Made by a program: the position numbers and the translations under genes
Shown: positions 10,045 through 20,133 of the stretch, in pieces
Layout: each line of letters starts with the position of its first letter
How positions within the stretch are numbered: the stretch's first letter is position 1
Notes under the pieces: model-generated
Told to the model about the DNA's origin: nothing
The model's database searches: none
What the model saw: only the letters and a program-made list of their open reading frames with translations
Assembly (NCBI GenBank): GCA_963696385.1
Contig: CAVOKF010000001.1
Span: 192,001 to 256,000, forward strand
Source: an uncultured delta proteobacterium
Lineage (GTDB): Bacteria; Myxococcota_A; Polyangia; Polyangiales; Polyangiaceae
Direction of reading: 5' to 3'
Length of the DNA stretch: 64,000 nt

Positions 10045-10866
10045 ATGTCGATGCTGAGAAGTCTCAACGAACTCGAGGGGTACACCGCGAGCGCGACCGA
10101 TGGCGACGTGGGGAGTGTCGTGAACTTTCTGTTCGACGATGAACGATGGGCCGTTCGGTATCTCGTCGTGCAGACAGGCAGTTTCTTTCGTGAGCGCAAA
10201 GTGCTCATCACGCCCATCGCGTTTCGCGACGTCGACTGGGCGAAGCGCCAATTTCATGTGGCATCGACGGTGGACAAAATCAGGAACAGTCCGAGCGTCG
10301 ACGCCGACCGGCCCGTCTCTCGCCAGCACGAGCGAGACTACTGCGGCTATTATGGCTATCCGGTCTACTGGCCGCCCGTCGGGGTATGGGGCATGGCTTC
10401 CTATCCGGGGTATCTCGCGGCAGGCCCTGGCGCCGAACGCGCCGTGTCCTCTTTCGACCGAACATCCGGCGACGTTCACTTGCGGAGCGCGGTGGAGGTT
10501 CATGGCTATTCCATCGAGGCGAGCGACGGCGAACTCGGCTTCGTCGCGGACCTCCTCGTCGACGATGAAACGTGGGCGGTGCGCTACTTCGTGATCGACA
10601 CGGGCCACTGGTGGAAGGGCCATAAGGTCTTGGTGGCGCCGCACTGGGCGAGCCGGGTGCGCTGGGAAGACAGGAAAGTATTCGTGAACCTGTCTCGAAC
10701 GGCGATCAAAAACAGCCCGGCATGGGACCCCGCGGAAGCGACCGCACGCGACTACGAAGCGAGTCTGCACGAGTACTACGGTCGGCGAGGGTACTGGGCC
10801 GCAGCCGACGTGGGCGCGCCGGAAGGAGCGCAGGCCAAGTCCGGCGCCGCAAGCCCGTCTGGTTGA
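10045..10866 (+). CDS. Tandem PRC-barrel domain protein
   Basis: Two repeats of A.DG..G.V..F..DD..W.VRY.V..TG; paralog of 46341-47099. Confidence 0.85.
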   Translation: MSMLRSLNELEGYTASATDGDVGSVVNFLFDDERWAVRYLVVQTGSFFRERKVLITPIAFRDVDWAKRQFHVASTVDKIRNSPSVDADRPVSRQHERDYCGYYGYPVYWPPVGVWGMASYPGYLAAGPGAERAVSSFDRTSGDVHLRSAVEVHGYSIEASDGELGFVADLLVDDETWAVRYFVIDTGHWWKGHKVLVAPHWASRVRWEDRKVFVNLSRTAIKNSPAWDPAEATARDYEASLHEYYGRRGYWAAADVGAPEGAQAKSGAASPSG

Positions 10867-10928
10867 CGGGGTGGGGGGCCGGGCCGGCTCGAGCAGGCAC
10901 GCAAGGGGCCCGGAGCCGTTGCGGCTAG

Positions 10929-11081
10929 GGCGGCCGTCGTCGGTTGCGGCGCGGTTACGCCGATCGATGGGGACGGAGCCGGAACATCGCTGAGGGCGAT
11001 GAAATCCGGTACGCCGGGCGCGGTCCCCTGCGGCGCGGTCACGCCGACCCAGGAGGACAGAAAACTGCGACAGCCGTGCCA
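10929..11081 (-). pseudogene. Relic of a paralog of the 15892-17529 kinase (promoter plus ectodomain fragment)
   Basis: LSSWVGVTAPQGTAPGVPDFIALSDVPAPSPSIGVTAPQPT resembles 16261-16392; preceded by TGGCACGGCTGTCGCAG, similar to the kinase promoter TGGCCCGGCTTTCGCAG. Confidence 0.7.
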
Positions 11082-11097
11082 GCCTACGCAGTGACCA

Positions 11098-11113
11098 CGG
11101 CAGGCCATTTGCA
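11098..11113 (+). promoter_or_regulatory. sigma-54 -24/-12 motif (paralog of 5405-5420)
   Basis: CGGCAGGCCATTTGCA. Confidence 0.5.
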
Positions 11114-11121
11114 CTGCACGA

Positions 11122-11309
11122 CCGGAGCAACGGGTTACAACATGGCGTTGGGTCAGTCCCGGGCGGACGGCGTCGAGGGCTATCTCGGCAAAAGGGGGCT
11201 CGCGCAAGCCAAGGTCGAGACCACGTCGCGTGGCGCGATCGACGCGACCGGCACCCATGAAGCGGGGTGGGTGCACGATCGCCGCGTCGACGTGACGTTG
11301 GCCCAGTGA
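11122..11309 (+). pseudogene. OmpA/Pal C-terminal domain fragment lacking its N-terminus
   Basis: G...YNMALGQSRADGVEGYL...G.....V.TTSRG..DATG..EAGW..DRRVDV. Confidence 0.75.
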
Positions 11310-11689
11310 AGCGAAAAGTCATCCTCGTCGTGGACGACGACGAGCAAACGCGAGCGGCGCTCGACATCGTTCTCTCTCCTCATTACTGCATGAGGTTCGC
11401 GGTGGATGGGGTCGATGGATATTTGAGGGCCAATGATCTGCCAGGGCCCGATCTGATCATTGCCGATGTAGCGATGCCCAACCTCGATGGCTTGGCGATG
11501 GTCCGGCGCATTCGCGACAATCACGCGCTCGGCAGCCTGCCCGTCCTGTTTCTGACCGGGCAGGTTTCGCGGGCGGTCGTGGCCGAAAGGATCGGGCTGT
11601 CCGGCGGTGCATTCGCCTACCTTTGGAAGCCAACCGACTCCGGGCTACTGCAGAAGAAGGTCCGAAGCTTGCTCTGGACGTAGGTGCGG
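11270..11689 (+). repeat. Direct repeat copy 2
   Basis: Matches 5495-5914. Confidence 0.95.
11306..11683 (+). CDS. Single-domain response regulator (copy 2)
   Basis: Identical to 5531-5908 except the last codon (T vs A). Confidence 0.85.
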   Translation: MKRKVILVVDDDEQTRAALDIVLSPHYCMRFAVDGVDGYLRANDLPGPDLIIADVAMPNLDGLAMVRRIRDNHALGSLPVLFLTGQVSRAVVAERIGLSGGAFAYLWKPTDSGLLQKKVRSLLWT

Positions 11690-12084
11690 AAGTCATCGGA
11701 AGCCTCTCGCCGCACGAGGCGAAGCAGGGTGCAGAACTAGTGAGCGGCGCCGAGAAAAGCACTGGCGGACGAGGCCGCGGTCACGTTCGACGTCAGCGAA
11801 ACGCGTGCGACGATTCCAGAGCGTGTCTGGGATCACGTCATCGCCCAAGCCAACGCGGCGGGGTGGCTCGCGGAGGCAAAAGGCGCGACCGTGACGAACC
11901 GTCGCCCGCCAAATGGCAGCCGCGCCTCCCACTGACCGGCGGACGCAACCACGAGATGCAGATCGAGTACTTCGAGACCGAGGCGCAGAAGCGCACGATG
12001 AGCATCACCGGTGGTGCTCGACCTGGTCCGCGTGGGTGCCATTGCTCACACGCCACCCCACTCCCGCCGCACTCGAGCGTTCCG

Positions 12085-12100
12085 TGGCTCCGAAATTGCA
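12085..12100 (+). promoter_or_regulatory. sigma-54 -24/-12 motif upstream of the CsbD gene
   Basis: TGGCTCCGAAATTGCA. Confidence 0.55.
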
Positions 12101-12181
12101 CGCTCTTGTCGCGGCGTCGAGCGAATCGCGCGTCGAGCGACCTCTCAAAACGCAACCATCCAAAGAGCGAGAAAAACGTCC

Positions 12182-12358
12182 ATGGGCGAAATCATCGACA
12201 GGGCCAAAGGCAGGATCAAACAAGCCGCCGGCGTGTTAACCGGCGACAAGAAGTTGGAGAGCGAGGGTCAAGCAGACGAAGCCAAAGGCAAACTGAAGGG
12301 TGCGGTGGAAGACTTCAAACACGCGGTGAAAGACGCCGTGAAGCCTAAGAGTCGGTAA
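12182..12358 (+). CDS. CsbD-family stress protein
   Basis: [29 protein letters not shown]. Confidence 0.9.
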   Translation: MGEIIDRAKGRIKQAAGVLTGDKKLESEGQADEAKGKLKGAVEDFKHAVKDAVKPKSR

Positions 12359-12519
12359 GCAAGCACCGGGGGCGCCGTCCAAGGCGGCGCTCCTGCGTGG
12401 GAGCGGGCTTCGAGGAAAACTCCGCTCCATACACGGAGGGTGCCGGCGCGGCATCCAAGGCACCCCAGTTCGGCGAGCGGCCGAGTCCGGCGAAGGCGCA
12501 GGAAGCGAAAGAGGACGAG

Positions 12520-13524
12520 ATGAAAATCGGAATGGTCGGGCTCGGACGGATGGGGTCCAACATGGCTCGTCGCCTCCTTGGGGCCGGCCATGAATGTGTG
12601 GTATTCGACGTTCACCCGCAGGCGGCTCAAGATCTTGTCAAGGCGGGCGCGACGGCAACCCGCTCGCTTGCCGAGTTGGTTGGCAAGCTGGACAAGCCGC
12701 GTGCGATCTGGATCATGGTGCCGGCCGCCGTCGTCGAGTCGACCCTCGGCGATCTCGTGCCGCTGCTTGCGGCCGACGATGCCGTGATCGACGGGGGCAA
12801 CTCGTACTATCACGACGACATCCGCCGCGCCGAGACGCTCGGCAAGAGCGGTATCCACTACGTCGACGCCGGCACGTCGGGTGGCGTCTGGGGCTTCGAG
12901 CGCGGTTACTGCCTCATGATTGGCGGCGATCCCGCCATTGTAAAAAGGCTCGACGGGGTCTTCGCCGCGCTGGCGCCCGGACTCGAGGGCGGGACCCCGT
13001 CGCGTTCCGATGGCAACGGCACCGCGCAGCGGGGTTACATCCATTGCGGACCGTCGGGCGCCGGGCACTTCGTCAAGATGGTTCACAACGGGATCGAGTA
13101 CGGCGTCATGGCCGCGTACGCCGAGGGACTCAACATTCTTCGTCACGCCAACGCTGGAACTGCGAAGCGTGCAGCCGACGCCGAGACCGCACCGCTCCGG
13201 CACCCCGAGCTCTACCGGTACGACTTGAACCTCCCCGACATCGCCGAAGCATGGCGGCATGGCAGCGTCATCGGTTCATGGCTTCTCGACCTGACCGCCG
13301 CCGCTCTGAAGAAAAGCCCTGACCTCGTCGGATTCGCGGGTCGCGTGTCCGACTCGGGCGAGGGGCGCTGGACCCTCAAGGCGGCCATCGACGAGGGAGT
13401 GCCCGCCCCTGTCCTGAGCACTGCGCTCGCTCAGCGGTTCGCCTCGCGCGGCGAAGAGGACTTCGCCAACAAGCTGCTCTCGGCGATGCGATACCAGTTC
13501 GGTGGGCACGAGGAAAAACACTGA
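12520..13524 (+). CDS. gnd: 6-phosphogluconate dehydrogenase (decarboxylating, short type)
   Basis: [49 protein letters not shown]. Confidence 0.95.
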   Translation: MKIGMVGLGRMGSNMARRLLGAGHECVVFDVHPQAAQDLVKAGATATRSLAELVGKLDKPRAIWIMVPAAVVESTLGDLVPLLAADDAVIDGGNSYYHDDIRRAETLGKSGIHYVDAGTSGGVWGFERGYCLMIGGDPAIVKRLDGVFAALAPGLEGGTPSRSDGNGTAQRGYIHCGPSGAGHFVKMVHNGIEYGVMAAYAEGLNILRHANAGTAKRAADAETAPLRHPELYRYDLNLPDIAEAWRHGSVIGSWLLDLTAAALKKSPDLVGFAGRVSDSGEGRWTLKAAIDEGVPAPVLSTALAQRFASRGEEDFANKLLSAMRYQFGGHEEKH

Positions 13525-14927
13525 TGGCCCCCATCTACTCCGATGCGCTGGTCTTCTTCGGCGCGACCGGCGACCTCGCCTATAAGATGGTCTTCCCGGC
13601 GCTGCAGGCGATGGTCAAGCGCGGCCATCTGAACGTGCCGGTCATCGGAGTGGCCAAAGCCGGCTGGAATCTCGATCAGCTGAGAGAGCGCGCGCGGAGC
13701 AGCCTGGAGACGCACGGCGGCGGCGTCGACCGGGCGGCCTTTGACAAGCTCTTGTCGCTGCTCCACTACGTGGACGGCGACTACCAAGATCCGGCCACGT
13801 TCGAGCGCCTGCGTCGCGAGCTCGGCTCGTGCGAGAGGCCGCTGCACTATCTCGCCATTCCCACGAGCTTGTTCTCGACCGTCGTCGGGCAGCTCAGCCG
13901 ATCCGGCTGCGCCAGGGCCGGACGAGTCATGGCTGAGAAGCCATTCGGCCGCGATCTCGCGTCGGCGCAAGCGCTCAACGCCTCGCTTTTGGCCGTATTC
14001 ACCGAGTCCGCCATATTCCGCATCGACCACTACCTGGGCAAGGAGCCGGTGCAGAACCTGCTCTACTTTCGCTTCAGCAACGCTCTATTCGAGCCGGTTT
14101 GGAACCGCAACTACGTCGACAGCGTTCAGATCACCATGGCCGAGACCTTTGGGGTCGAGGGGCGGGGGAGCTTTTACGAACAAGTCGGCGCGGTCCGCGA
14201 CGTCATCGAGAACCACTTGCTGCAAGTGACGGCGTGCTTGGCCATGGATGCACCCTCGAGTGGCTATGCCGAAGCGCTGCGCGACGAAAAGACGCGCGTG
14301 CTCGAGGCCATCACGCCGCTGGATCCGAAGAACGTCGTCCGCGGACAGTTTCGCGGCTACCGGAGCGAGTCCGGGGTTGCGGCTCAGTCGCGGGTCGAAA
14401 CCTTCGCCGCGCTGCGGCTTCAGGTCAACAACTGGCGCTGGGCAGGAGTGCCCTTCTACATCCGCGCGGGAAAGTGCCTTCCGGTCACCTGCACCGAGGT
14501 GCTCGTCGAGCTCAAGGCGCCGCCGTGCTCGCCCTTCGGCGAGAACCTCGAGCGAGCGAACGGCTCGAACTACGTGCGCTTCCGCCTCGGACCCGACGCC
14601 GCGATCGCCCTCGGCGTGCGCTCCAAGGCGCCTGGGGAACCCATGGTCGGTCAGGAGGTCGAGCTTTTGGCTACGCACGGCATCAAAGACGAGATGGGGG
14701 CATACGAACGCCTCCTCGGCGACGCGATGAAGGGCGATGCGACCCTTTTCGCGCGCGAGGACGCCGTCGAGGCCGAGTGGCGCATTGTCGCGCCGATCTT
14801 GAACAGCGCGACTCCGCCCCATGAGTACGATGTCGGAACCTGGGGACCGGTCGAAGCCGATCGCTTGATCCATGACTCCGGCGGCTGGCACAAGCCCCAG
14901 CCCACACCGCCGAAAGGTGCGCCCTGA
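13524..14927 (+). CDS. zwf: Glucose-6-phosphate dehydrogenase
   Basis: [47 protein letters not shown]. Confidence 0.96.
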   Translation: MAPIYSDALVFFGATGDLAYKMVFPALQAMVKRGHLNVPVIGVAKAGWNLDQLRERARSSLETHGGGVDRAAFDKLLSLLHYVDGDYQDPATFERLRRELGSCERPLHYLAIPTSLFSTVVGQLSRSGCARAGRVMAEKPFGRDLASAQALNASLLAVFTESAIFRIDHYLGKEPVQNLLYFRFSNALFEPVWNRNYVDSVQITMAETFGVEGRGSFYEQVGAVRDVIENHLLQVTACLAMDAPSSGYAEALRDEKTRVLEAITPLDPKNVVRGQFRGYRSESGVAAQSRVETFAALRLQVNNWRWAGVPFYIRAGKCLPVTCTEVLVELKAPPCSPFGENLERANGSNYVRFRLGPDAAIALGVRSKAPGEPMVGQEVELLATHGIKDEMGAYERLLGDAMKGDATLFAREDAVEAEWRIVAPILNSATPPHEYDVGTWGPVEADRLIHDSGGWHKPQPTPPKGAP

Positions 14928-15138
14928 AGCCGTCCGTCGGATGCGAGAGCCAAAGGCCATGTGGACGTCCTCTCGTGACGCGTGAAAAAAGCTCGCGGCC
15001 GTGCGCGCTGCCGCAAGGGTCCTGAGGGGTTGACGTGCTGGCCGAAAGAGCGGCGACGAAGGAAAGACGAGGTCGCTGGCGACCGCCGCGAATGTCGCCG
15101 CTCGGCTTGCGGGCGCGGGGGAGGGCCCGGTCTCATTC

Positions 15139-15843
15139 CTATAGGGCGGATACAGGGGCGACATCGCGGTCCCCGAACCGGCGTCGAGAGAGAGAAAAGG
15201 CAAATGCGGCACGGTCCGATTCACGGTCCCACCCGAGTTCTTCATCGTCGCGTTCCCGCGTCGGGTCGGGGTCGCCGAGCCCGTAGCACTCGATCCTCTC
15301 GGCACCACGGTCCTCTTTCGCCCCCGCGAGCCCGGTGGGCTGGCGCTGCGCCGTCTCCGGCAGCGGTTGCAGCTCGCGCATGGGCCGCGAGCTCGAGCGC
15401 GTCGTACCGAGAGGCGTTCCGAGAAGGGTCTCGACGCAGTGTGCGAAGTGCCGCATGGAAAATGGCTTTCGGAGAAATGCGTTTCCGCCGACTTCCTCGC
15501 CATACGCCAGCTCTTCCGCATGACCATGCTCACCGACGAGGATAATCGGTAGACGCATGAGCTTGAGCGAACATCGAATATGCTCGCAGAGCTCGTAACC
15601 GGAACGGCTCGGAAGCCGGACGTCGATGCACACGACGTGGGGCTCGGTCGTTGCCAGGTGCGAGACGGCAGCATCGAAGTGCTTCGCATGCAACACGCGG
15701 AATTTCATGCGCCCGAGTCGCTTGCTCATCGCTTTCGCCAGCGAGGGGTCGTCCTGGACGATGAGCGCAGCCCGCACGCTCGGCACGCGCGCGAGGGAAT
15801 CCCCCGCTGGGTACAGCGACTGAAACGAGCTTTGCGTGAACAT
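15139..15843 (-). CDS. Response regulator receiver protein with a low-complexity tail
   Basis: LIVQDD, VVCIDVRLP..SGYELC, KPF; paralog of 48412-48894; sigma-54-like CGGCACGTCACTTGC at 15858-15872. Confidence 0.75.
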   Translation of the reverse strand: MFTQSSFQSLYPAGDSLARVPSVRAALIVQDDPSLAKAMSKRLGRMKFRVLHAKHFDAAVSHLATTEPHVVCIDVRLPSRSGYELCEHIRCSLKLMRLPIILVGEHGHAEELAYGEEVGGNAFLRKPFSMRHFAHCVETLLGTPLGTTRSSSRPMRELQPLPETAQRQPTGLAGAKEDRGAERIECYGLGDPDPTRERDDEELGWDRESDRAAFAFSLSRRRFGDRDVAPVSAL

Positions 15844-15891
15844 GGATGAGCATCAACGCAAGTGACGTGCCGCCATGCTTAGGATGCTGCG

Positions 15892-17529
15892 CTACGGCTC
15901 GTCGTAAGGATTCGGGGTCTCGACGGCCGTTGCACGCGCTCCAGAGCCCGACGTCGCAGCGGCGGCGTTGGCGTGGTCCGCCGAGGGCGTGGACGCGCTT
16001 GCCGAAGCCGCGGCGACGGAGGAAACGAGGCCTCGGGCGACCGGAAGGAATGTCCCCGCTGCGGGCGCGGGGGAGCGCGACATGGCCGGCGCGAACGTCT
16101 TCGCCGTGGGCGCGGGCGAAGGCTGCGACGAGGCCTGCGAGGGCGCCTCGCCGGAGAGGATCTCCGGAGCGGTGGAGTAGAAGGAGGCGGCGACCGATGC
16201 GGTGGCGACCGTGGCGGCGTTCGCGGCGGTCTCGTTTGCCATGACGCCCATCCGGGCGATCGCGGGCGAAGTCGGTTGTGGTGCGGTTGCGCCGATCGAT
16301 GCGGACGGAGCCGGCCTATCGCTAGGGGCCATGAAATCGAGGACGCTGGGCGCGGTCGCTTGGGGCGCGGTCACGCCGATCCATGACGACAGCGCAGGCG
16401 ATCGATGCACGTCGGCGTAGAGGGCCGTGAAGACGCCCACGAACAGCGCCGACAGCAGCAACAGCGAACCGACCACGATGCGGGCGGAAGCCGGTTTTTG
16501 GAACGTGGACACACTGTTATCGCTCGGGTCCGCTTCGCTTGGATCCTGTTCGGCGGCTACGGGTGGCAAGGGCGAGGCCGCGCTCAACCGGTGGGCAATG
16601 CGCGCGTGCGCGATGCGATCGCAGGATGCGCGTCCCAGATGGGTACCGTACGGCGCGAGCGCCGCTGCGAAGGCCGCCACGTTGCCAAAGCGGTCATCGG
16701 GGTCCTTTTGCAGACAGCGTTCGATCGCCGCCTCGACCGGCGGCGCAATGTTTGGCCGCAGTGCGGACAGGGGGGTGGGCGGCCGAGTGAGCACCGCGAG
16801 GCTCAGCTCGGAAAGGGTCTCCGCACGAAACGGCGATTCGCCTGCGATGAGCTCGTAGACAATGGCGCCGAGCGCCCAGATGTCGGTTCGGGCCTCTGCC
16901 TGATACGGCGGTCGGAGCTGCTCCGGCGCCATGTACTGCAGCGACTCCATGATGTGGATGGGTTTCGCCAAAGCATCCTCGGCGAGGTGTCGGAGCGGAC
17001 CCCCGATCGGGAATAGGCCGAAGTCGGTGAGTTTGATGCACACCGTGCCGTTGGAACGCTGGGTTAGAAAGAGATGGGCCAATTTCAGGTGGCCGTGAAT
17101 GATGCCCAGAGCGTGAGCTTCGGCGACCGCCTCTGCGGCTTGCAGCACCCAGTCGATCGCTGTCGGAGCCGCCAGAGGACCCCAGGCGTGGACCAGCTGG
17201 TCGAAGTTGCGACCGTCGGGGTATTCGGCGACGAGATACGGCCTGCCATTCGGGAGTCTGCCCGAGTCGAGAACCCGCACGGTGTGCTCGTTGCCGAGGC
17301 TCATGGAAGTCTGCGCCGCGCGAAGAAATTGGTCGATCATGTCGGAGTCGCCTGCCCAATCGGGCGACAGCATTTGGATGGCCACGCGACGATCGAGTTG
17401 GGCGTCTTCGGCGGCGAGCATCACCGTCACGTCGTCGCCCCCGCACTCGGCTTCGATCACGTATCGCGACGCAATCGTTGCGCCCTGCGGCGGTATTCTC
17501 CAGCTGAGATCCGGTGCGAGTTGGTTCAT
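15892..17529 (-). CDS. Membrane-anchored Hanks-type Ser/Thr kinase-like protein, probable pseudokinase
   Basis: Kinase fold motifs (DFG, YMAPEQ, DIWALG, CL.KDP..R) but VAIQ replaces VAIK and HGHLKLAH replaces HRDLKPxN; TM helix IVVGSLLLLSALFVGVF; Ala/Ser/Pro ectodomain ending NPY. Confidence 0.82.
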   Translation of the reverse strand: MNQLAPDLSWRIPPQGATIASRYVIEAECGGDDVTVMLAAEDAQLDRRVAIQMLSPDWAGDSDMIDQFLRAAQTSMSLGNEHTVRVLDSGRLPNGRPYLVAEYPDGRNFDQLVHAWGPLAAPTAIDWVLQAAEAVAEAHALGIIHGHLKLAHLFLTQRSNGTVCIKLTDFGLFPIGGPLRHLAEDALAKPIHIMESLQYMAPEQLRPPYQAEARTDIWALGAIVYELIAGESPFRAETLSELSLAVLTRPPTPLSALRPNIAPPVEAAIERCLQKDPDDRFGNVAAFAAALAPYGTHLGRASCDRIAHARIAHRLSAASPLPPVAAEQDPSEADPSDNSVSTFQKPASARIVVGSLLLLSALFVGVFTALYADVHRSPALSSWIGVTAPQATAPSVLDFMAPSDRPAPSASIGATAPQPTSPAIARMGVMANETAANAATVATASVAASFYSTAPEILSGEAPSQASSQPSPAPTAKTFAPAMSRSPAPAAGTFLPVARGLVSSVAAASASASTPSADHANAAAATSGSGARATAVETPNPYDEP

Positions 17530-17685
17530 GGTGGAGTCTCCACACCTGCGAAAGCCGGGCCACATCGCCTTCGGCAATCGCGAGGTGAGCGATCGAGACC
17601 GGTCGCGACAGTTGGATCGCCCTTACGGGAGCGGCGGTTGGGTCTTACTCTCTCGGCGGTGCGCTCGCCGGTGCGACAAAAATGG

Positions 17686-18252
17686 ATGCGCCGATACCGA
17701 TTCGTCCTCGCGGCGGGATCATCGGTCGTGTGTCTGCGGTGCGCGTCGGGTGAGCGACCGCCGCCATCGAGCCGTGTGGACCCGGCGGCCACCGGGACGG
17801 CTCCGGGGTCGGATTTCGACGACTCGGCGATCGCGACCATCGCCGCGACGATTTCCGACGGGCAAGAGGTCCGCGTGCGCCTCGCGATGCGGCGCGCGGT
17901 CGATGCCCGCGTCCGCGGCTTTGCTGCGAGCCTCGAAGCCGACTTGCCTGCCGCGAAGATCGCCATGATGCAACTCGGGCCCCATCCCAGCGTGGTCGAC
18001 GACGAGCTCACCCAATCCACCGTCAGCGCGCTCCGGGACCTCGATCTCCGCCGAGGAAGCGACTTCGATCGCGCGTTCCTCGCATCGGAGCAGAACTCGC
18101 TCGTGGCCGCGCTTCGTGTCCTGGAACAAACGCTTATTCCAAAGGCCGCCAACGAGGATCTCGCGCGGCGCTTGTCGCGTATGCGCGCCGTTCTGGCCGA
18201 CGAACTTTCGCGGGCCAACACGCTTGAAGGTGCTCTGTCCGCGACGCCGTAG
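17686..18252 (+). CDS. DUF4142-like secreted ferritin-fold protein
   Basis: D..IA......LA.......VR.FA; L...G.DFDRAF......L...LIP.A.N..L. Confidence 0.6.
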   Translation: MRRYRFVLAAGSSVVCLRCASGERPPPSSRVDPAATGTAPGSDFDDSAIATIAATISDGQEVRVRLAMRRAVDARVRGFAASLEADLPAAKIAMMQLGPHPSVVDDELTQSTVSALRDLDLRRGSDFDRAFLASEQNSLVAALRVLEQTLIPKAANEDLARRLSRMRAVLADELSRANTLEGALSATP

Positions 18253-18422
18253 CGCGGATCTTCGGGTCTGGCGGCCGCAGACCTTTGTGAATCGGCTCCG
18301 GTGTCTTTGGAGGCTCGTGAGTCGCCCGGCGTCCACGTCATTGCAGAGCCCCCGTGCACGGCGCACGTGCCCGTTGGCACTCGTGGCACGCCGTGTGCGT
18401 GCATCACGACATGGAGATTGCC

Positions 18423-18884
18423 ATGAAACTCAAAGCGCCCCTCGTTGTCGGCCTTTTGCTCGGCTCCTCGTTGCTCTGCGCGATCGGTTTTGCGGGAGAG
18501 CATTCGCGGCCGGCGCCCGCACGGCAGGCGCCACCCGCGTTTCGGCCCCATGCGCCGGGGGTCCATCCGCGTGGCGCGACCGTGCGTCAGCATGAGGTCC
18601 GCGTGCTTGCCCCTCGGTCCGTGGTTCACGGCCACAGCGGGTGGTCGCACTGGGATCATCCCGAGTTCCCGCGCCCGGCCTACTATTGGGACTGGGCGGG
18701 CATTCATACCGTGACCTGCATCGCCGAGGATTCCTACGGCGATCAGTATCCGGTCAGCGAGGCCGCAGCACCGGGGTTTGCTCTCGGCAACATGACCGGC
18801 GTCGAAGACGATGCGCTCGACCGCTGCTACGCCGAGTCGGGGCAGGACACGACCTGCGTCCTTCTGACCTGCACACACATTTAG
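18423..18884 (+). CDS. Secreted hypothetical protein with a His/Trp-rich segment and a 4-Cys C-terminal domain
   Basis: Signal peptide MKLKAPLVVGLLLG; GGAG RBS; sigma-54-like TGGCACGCCGTGTGC at 18384. Confidence 0.65.
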   Translation: MKLKAPLVVGLLLGSSLLCAIGFAGEHSRPAPARQAPPAFRPHAPGVHPRGATVRQHEVRVLAPRSVVHGHSGWSHWDHPEFPRPAYYWDWAGIHTVTCIAEDSYGDQYPVSEAAAPGFALGNMTGVEDDALDRCYAESGQDTTCVLLTCTHI

Positions 18885-18963
18885 ATCACCGAACCCGTTG
18901 GCTTTCGCGCGGGGCGGGGGCGGTCCCGGCGGGCCTCGGCCCGACGGGGCGGCCGCCTGTACG

Positions 18964-20133
18964 CTACGCCAGTCGCTTTCGGAAGCGCATCACGGAGACC
19001 GCGAGAATTCCGATCCCGAGAATCGTCAGCGCGATCAACTGCGGCGCGAGGTCGCGGAGGCTCGCCCCTTTCAAGAGACACGATCGCATGATCTCGATGT
19101 AATGGCGCATGGGGATGAGCAGCGTGAAGGGTTGTAGCCACGCGGGCATACTCGAGATGGGGGACATGAAGCCCGAGAGAAGCATCGCGGGCAGCATGAA
19201 GGCGAAAGCGCCGAGCATCGCCTGCTGCTGAGAGGAGCTGAGAGTCGCGATGAGAATCCCGATCCCCAGCGTCGAGAAGAGGTAGAGAAACGAGCCGAGA
19301 GCGACGACTCCGAGCGAACCGCGAAAGGGCACGTCGAAGATCAGGTTACCGAGAAGCAAGATCGCCAGCACGTCGATGAGACCGAACAGAATGTAGGGCA
19401 GACATTTGCCGGACAACAGCACTGCGGGGCGGATGGGCGTGACGAGGATCTGTTCGAGGGTTCCGGTCTCGCGCTCGCGCGCCAGGCCCATGGCCGTCAC
19501 GATGGCCGTGACATTCAGAAGCAGCGTCGCGAGAACGCCCGGCAGCATGTACACGGCACTCTTGAGGCGCTGGTTGTACATCACTCGGGGAACGAGCGAC
19601 GCGGTGGCGGCCCCGGAAAAGCCCGGAAGCGCAAAGGGGCCCTTGGCGACCGGCACGGGCTCTCCGCCCGTCGGCTCCCCACCGATCCCGTGCAAGAGCA
19701 AAAATTGGCTCGCCGCATTCGACGCGACCTGCGCAAGCGTGACGTCGGTTCCGTCGACGATGACCTGAACCTCGGGAGCGTCCGCGCGTGCGACACGCAA
19801 CTCGAAGCCGCGCGGAACGACGAGGGCCGCAGAGGCCTGTCCCGTTTCGAGCGCACGTTGCGCTTGGTTGGGATCCAGAACGTCCCGTCGACGAAGAAAT
19901 GTCCGATCGGCGAAGAATGCCTGCGTGAGATCTCGGCTCGCAGGCGTCCGATCCTGATCGCAGACCACGGTGGGAATCCGATCGACGTCGAGGTCGATGG
20001 CGTAACCGAAGACGACGAGCTGCAAGACCGGCGACACGATCAGCGTCGCGAGCATGCGCCGGTCGCGCAGCGTCTGACTGAACTCCTTCTTCATCACGTT
20101 GAAAAGCGATTGCAGGATGAGGACCACGTTCAT
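18964..20133 (-). CDS. ABC-2 type permease (YbhR-like)
   Basis: KEF.Q.LRD, FGYAI, RERETGTLEQ.LVTP, LSGF..PI..MP.WLQ. Confidence 0.9.
   Translation of the reverse strand: MNVVLILQSLFNVMKKEFSQTLRDRRMLATLIVSPVLQLVVFGYAIDLDVDRIPTVVCDQDRTPASRDLTQAFFADRTFLRRRDVLDPNQAQRALETGQASAALVVPRGFELRVARADAPEVQVIVDGTDVTLAQVASNAASQFLLLHGIGGEPTGGEPVPVAKGPFALPGFSGAATASLVPRVMYNQRLKSAVYMLPGVLATLLLNVTAIVTAMGLARERETGTLEQILVTPIRPAVLLSGKCLPYILFGLIDVLAILLLGNLIFDVPFRGSLGVVALGSFLYLFSTLGIGILIATLSSSQQQAMLGAFAFMLPAMLLSGFMSPISSMPAWLQPFTLLIPMRHYIEIMRSCLLKGASLRDLAPQLIALTILGIGILAVSVMRFRKRLA

Noticed and set aside
11930..11985. PA14-like fragment LTGGRNHEMQIEYFE
   Set aside because: Too short to support without a profile search
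10929..16392. DGR template/variable repeat pair
   Set aside because: Mismatches are not confined to adenines, many are synonymous, and there is no reverse transcriptase in the window
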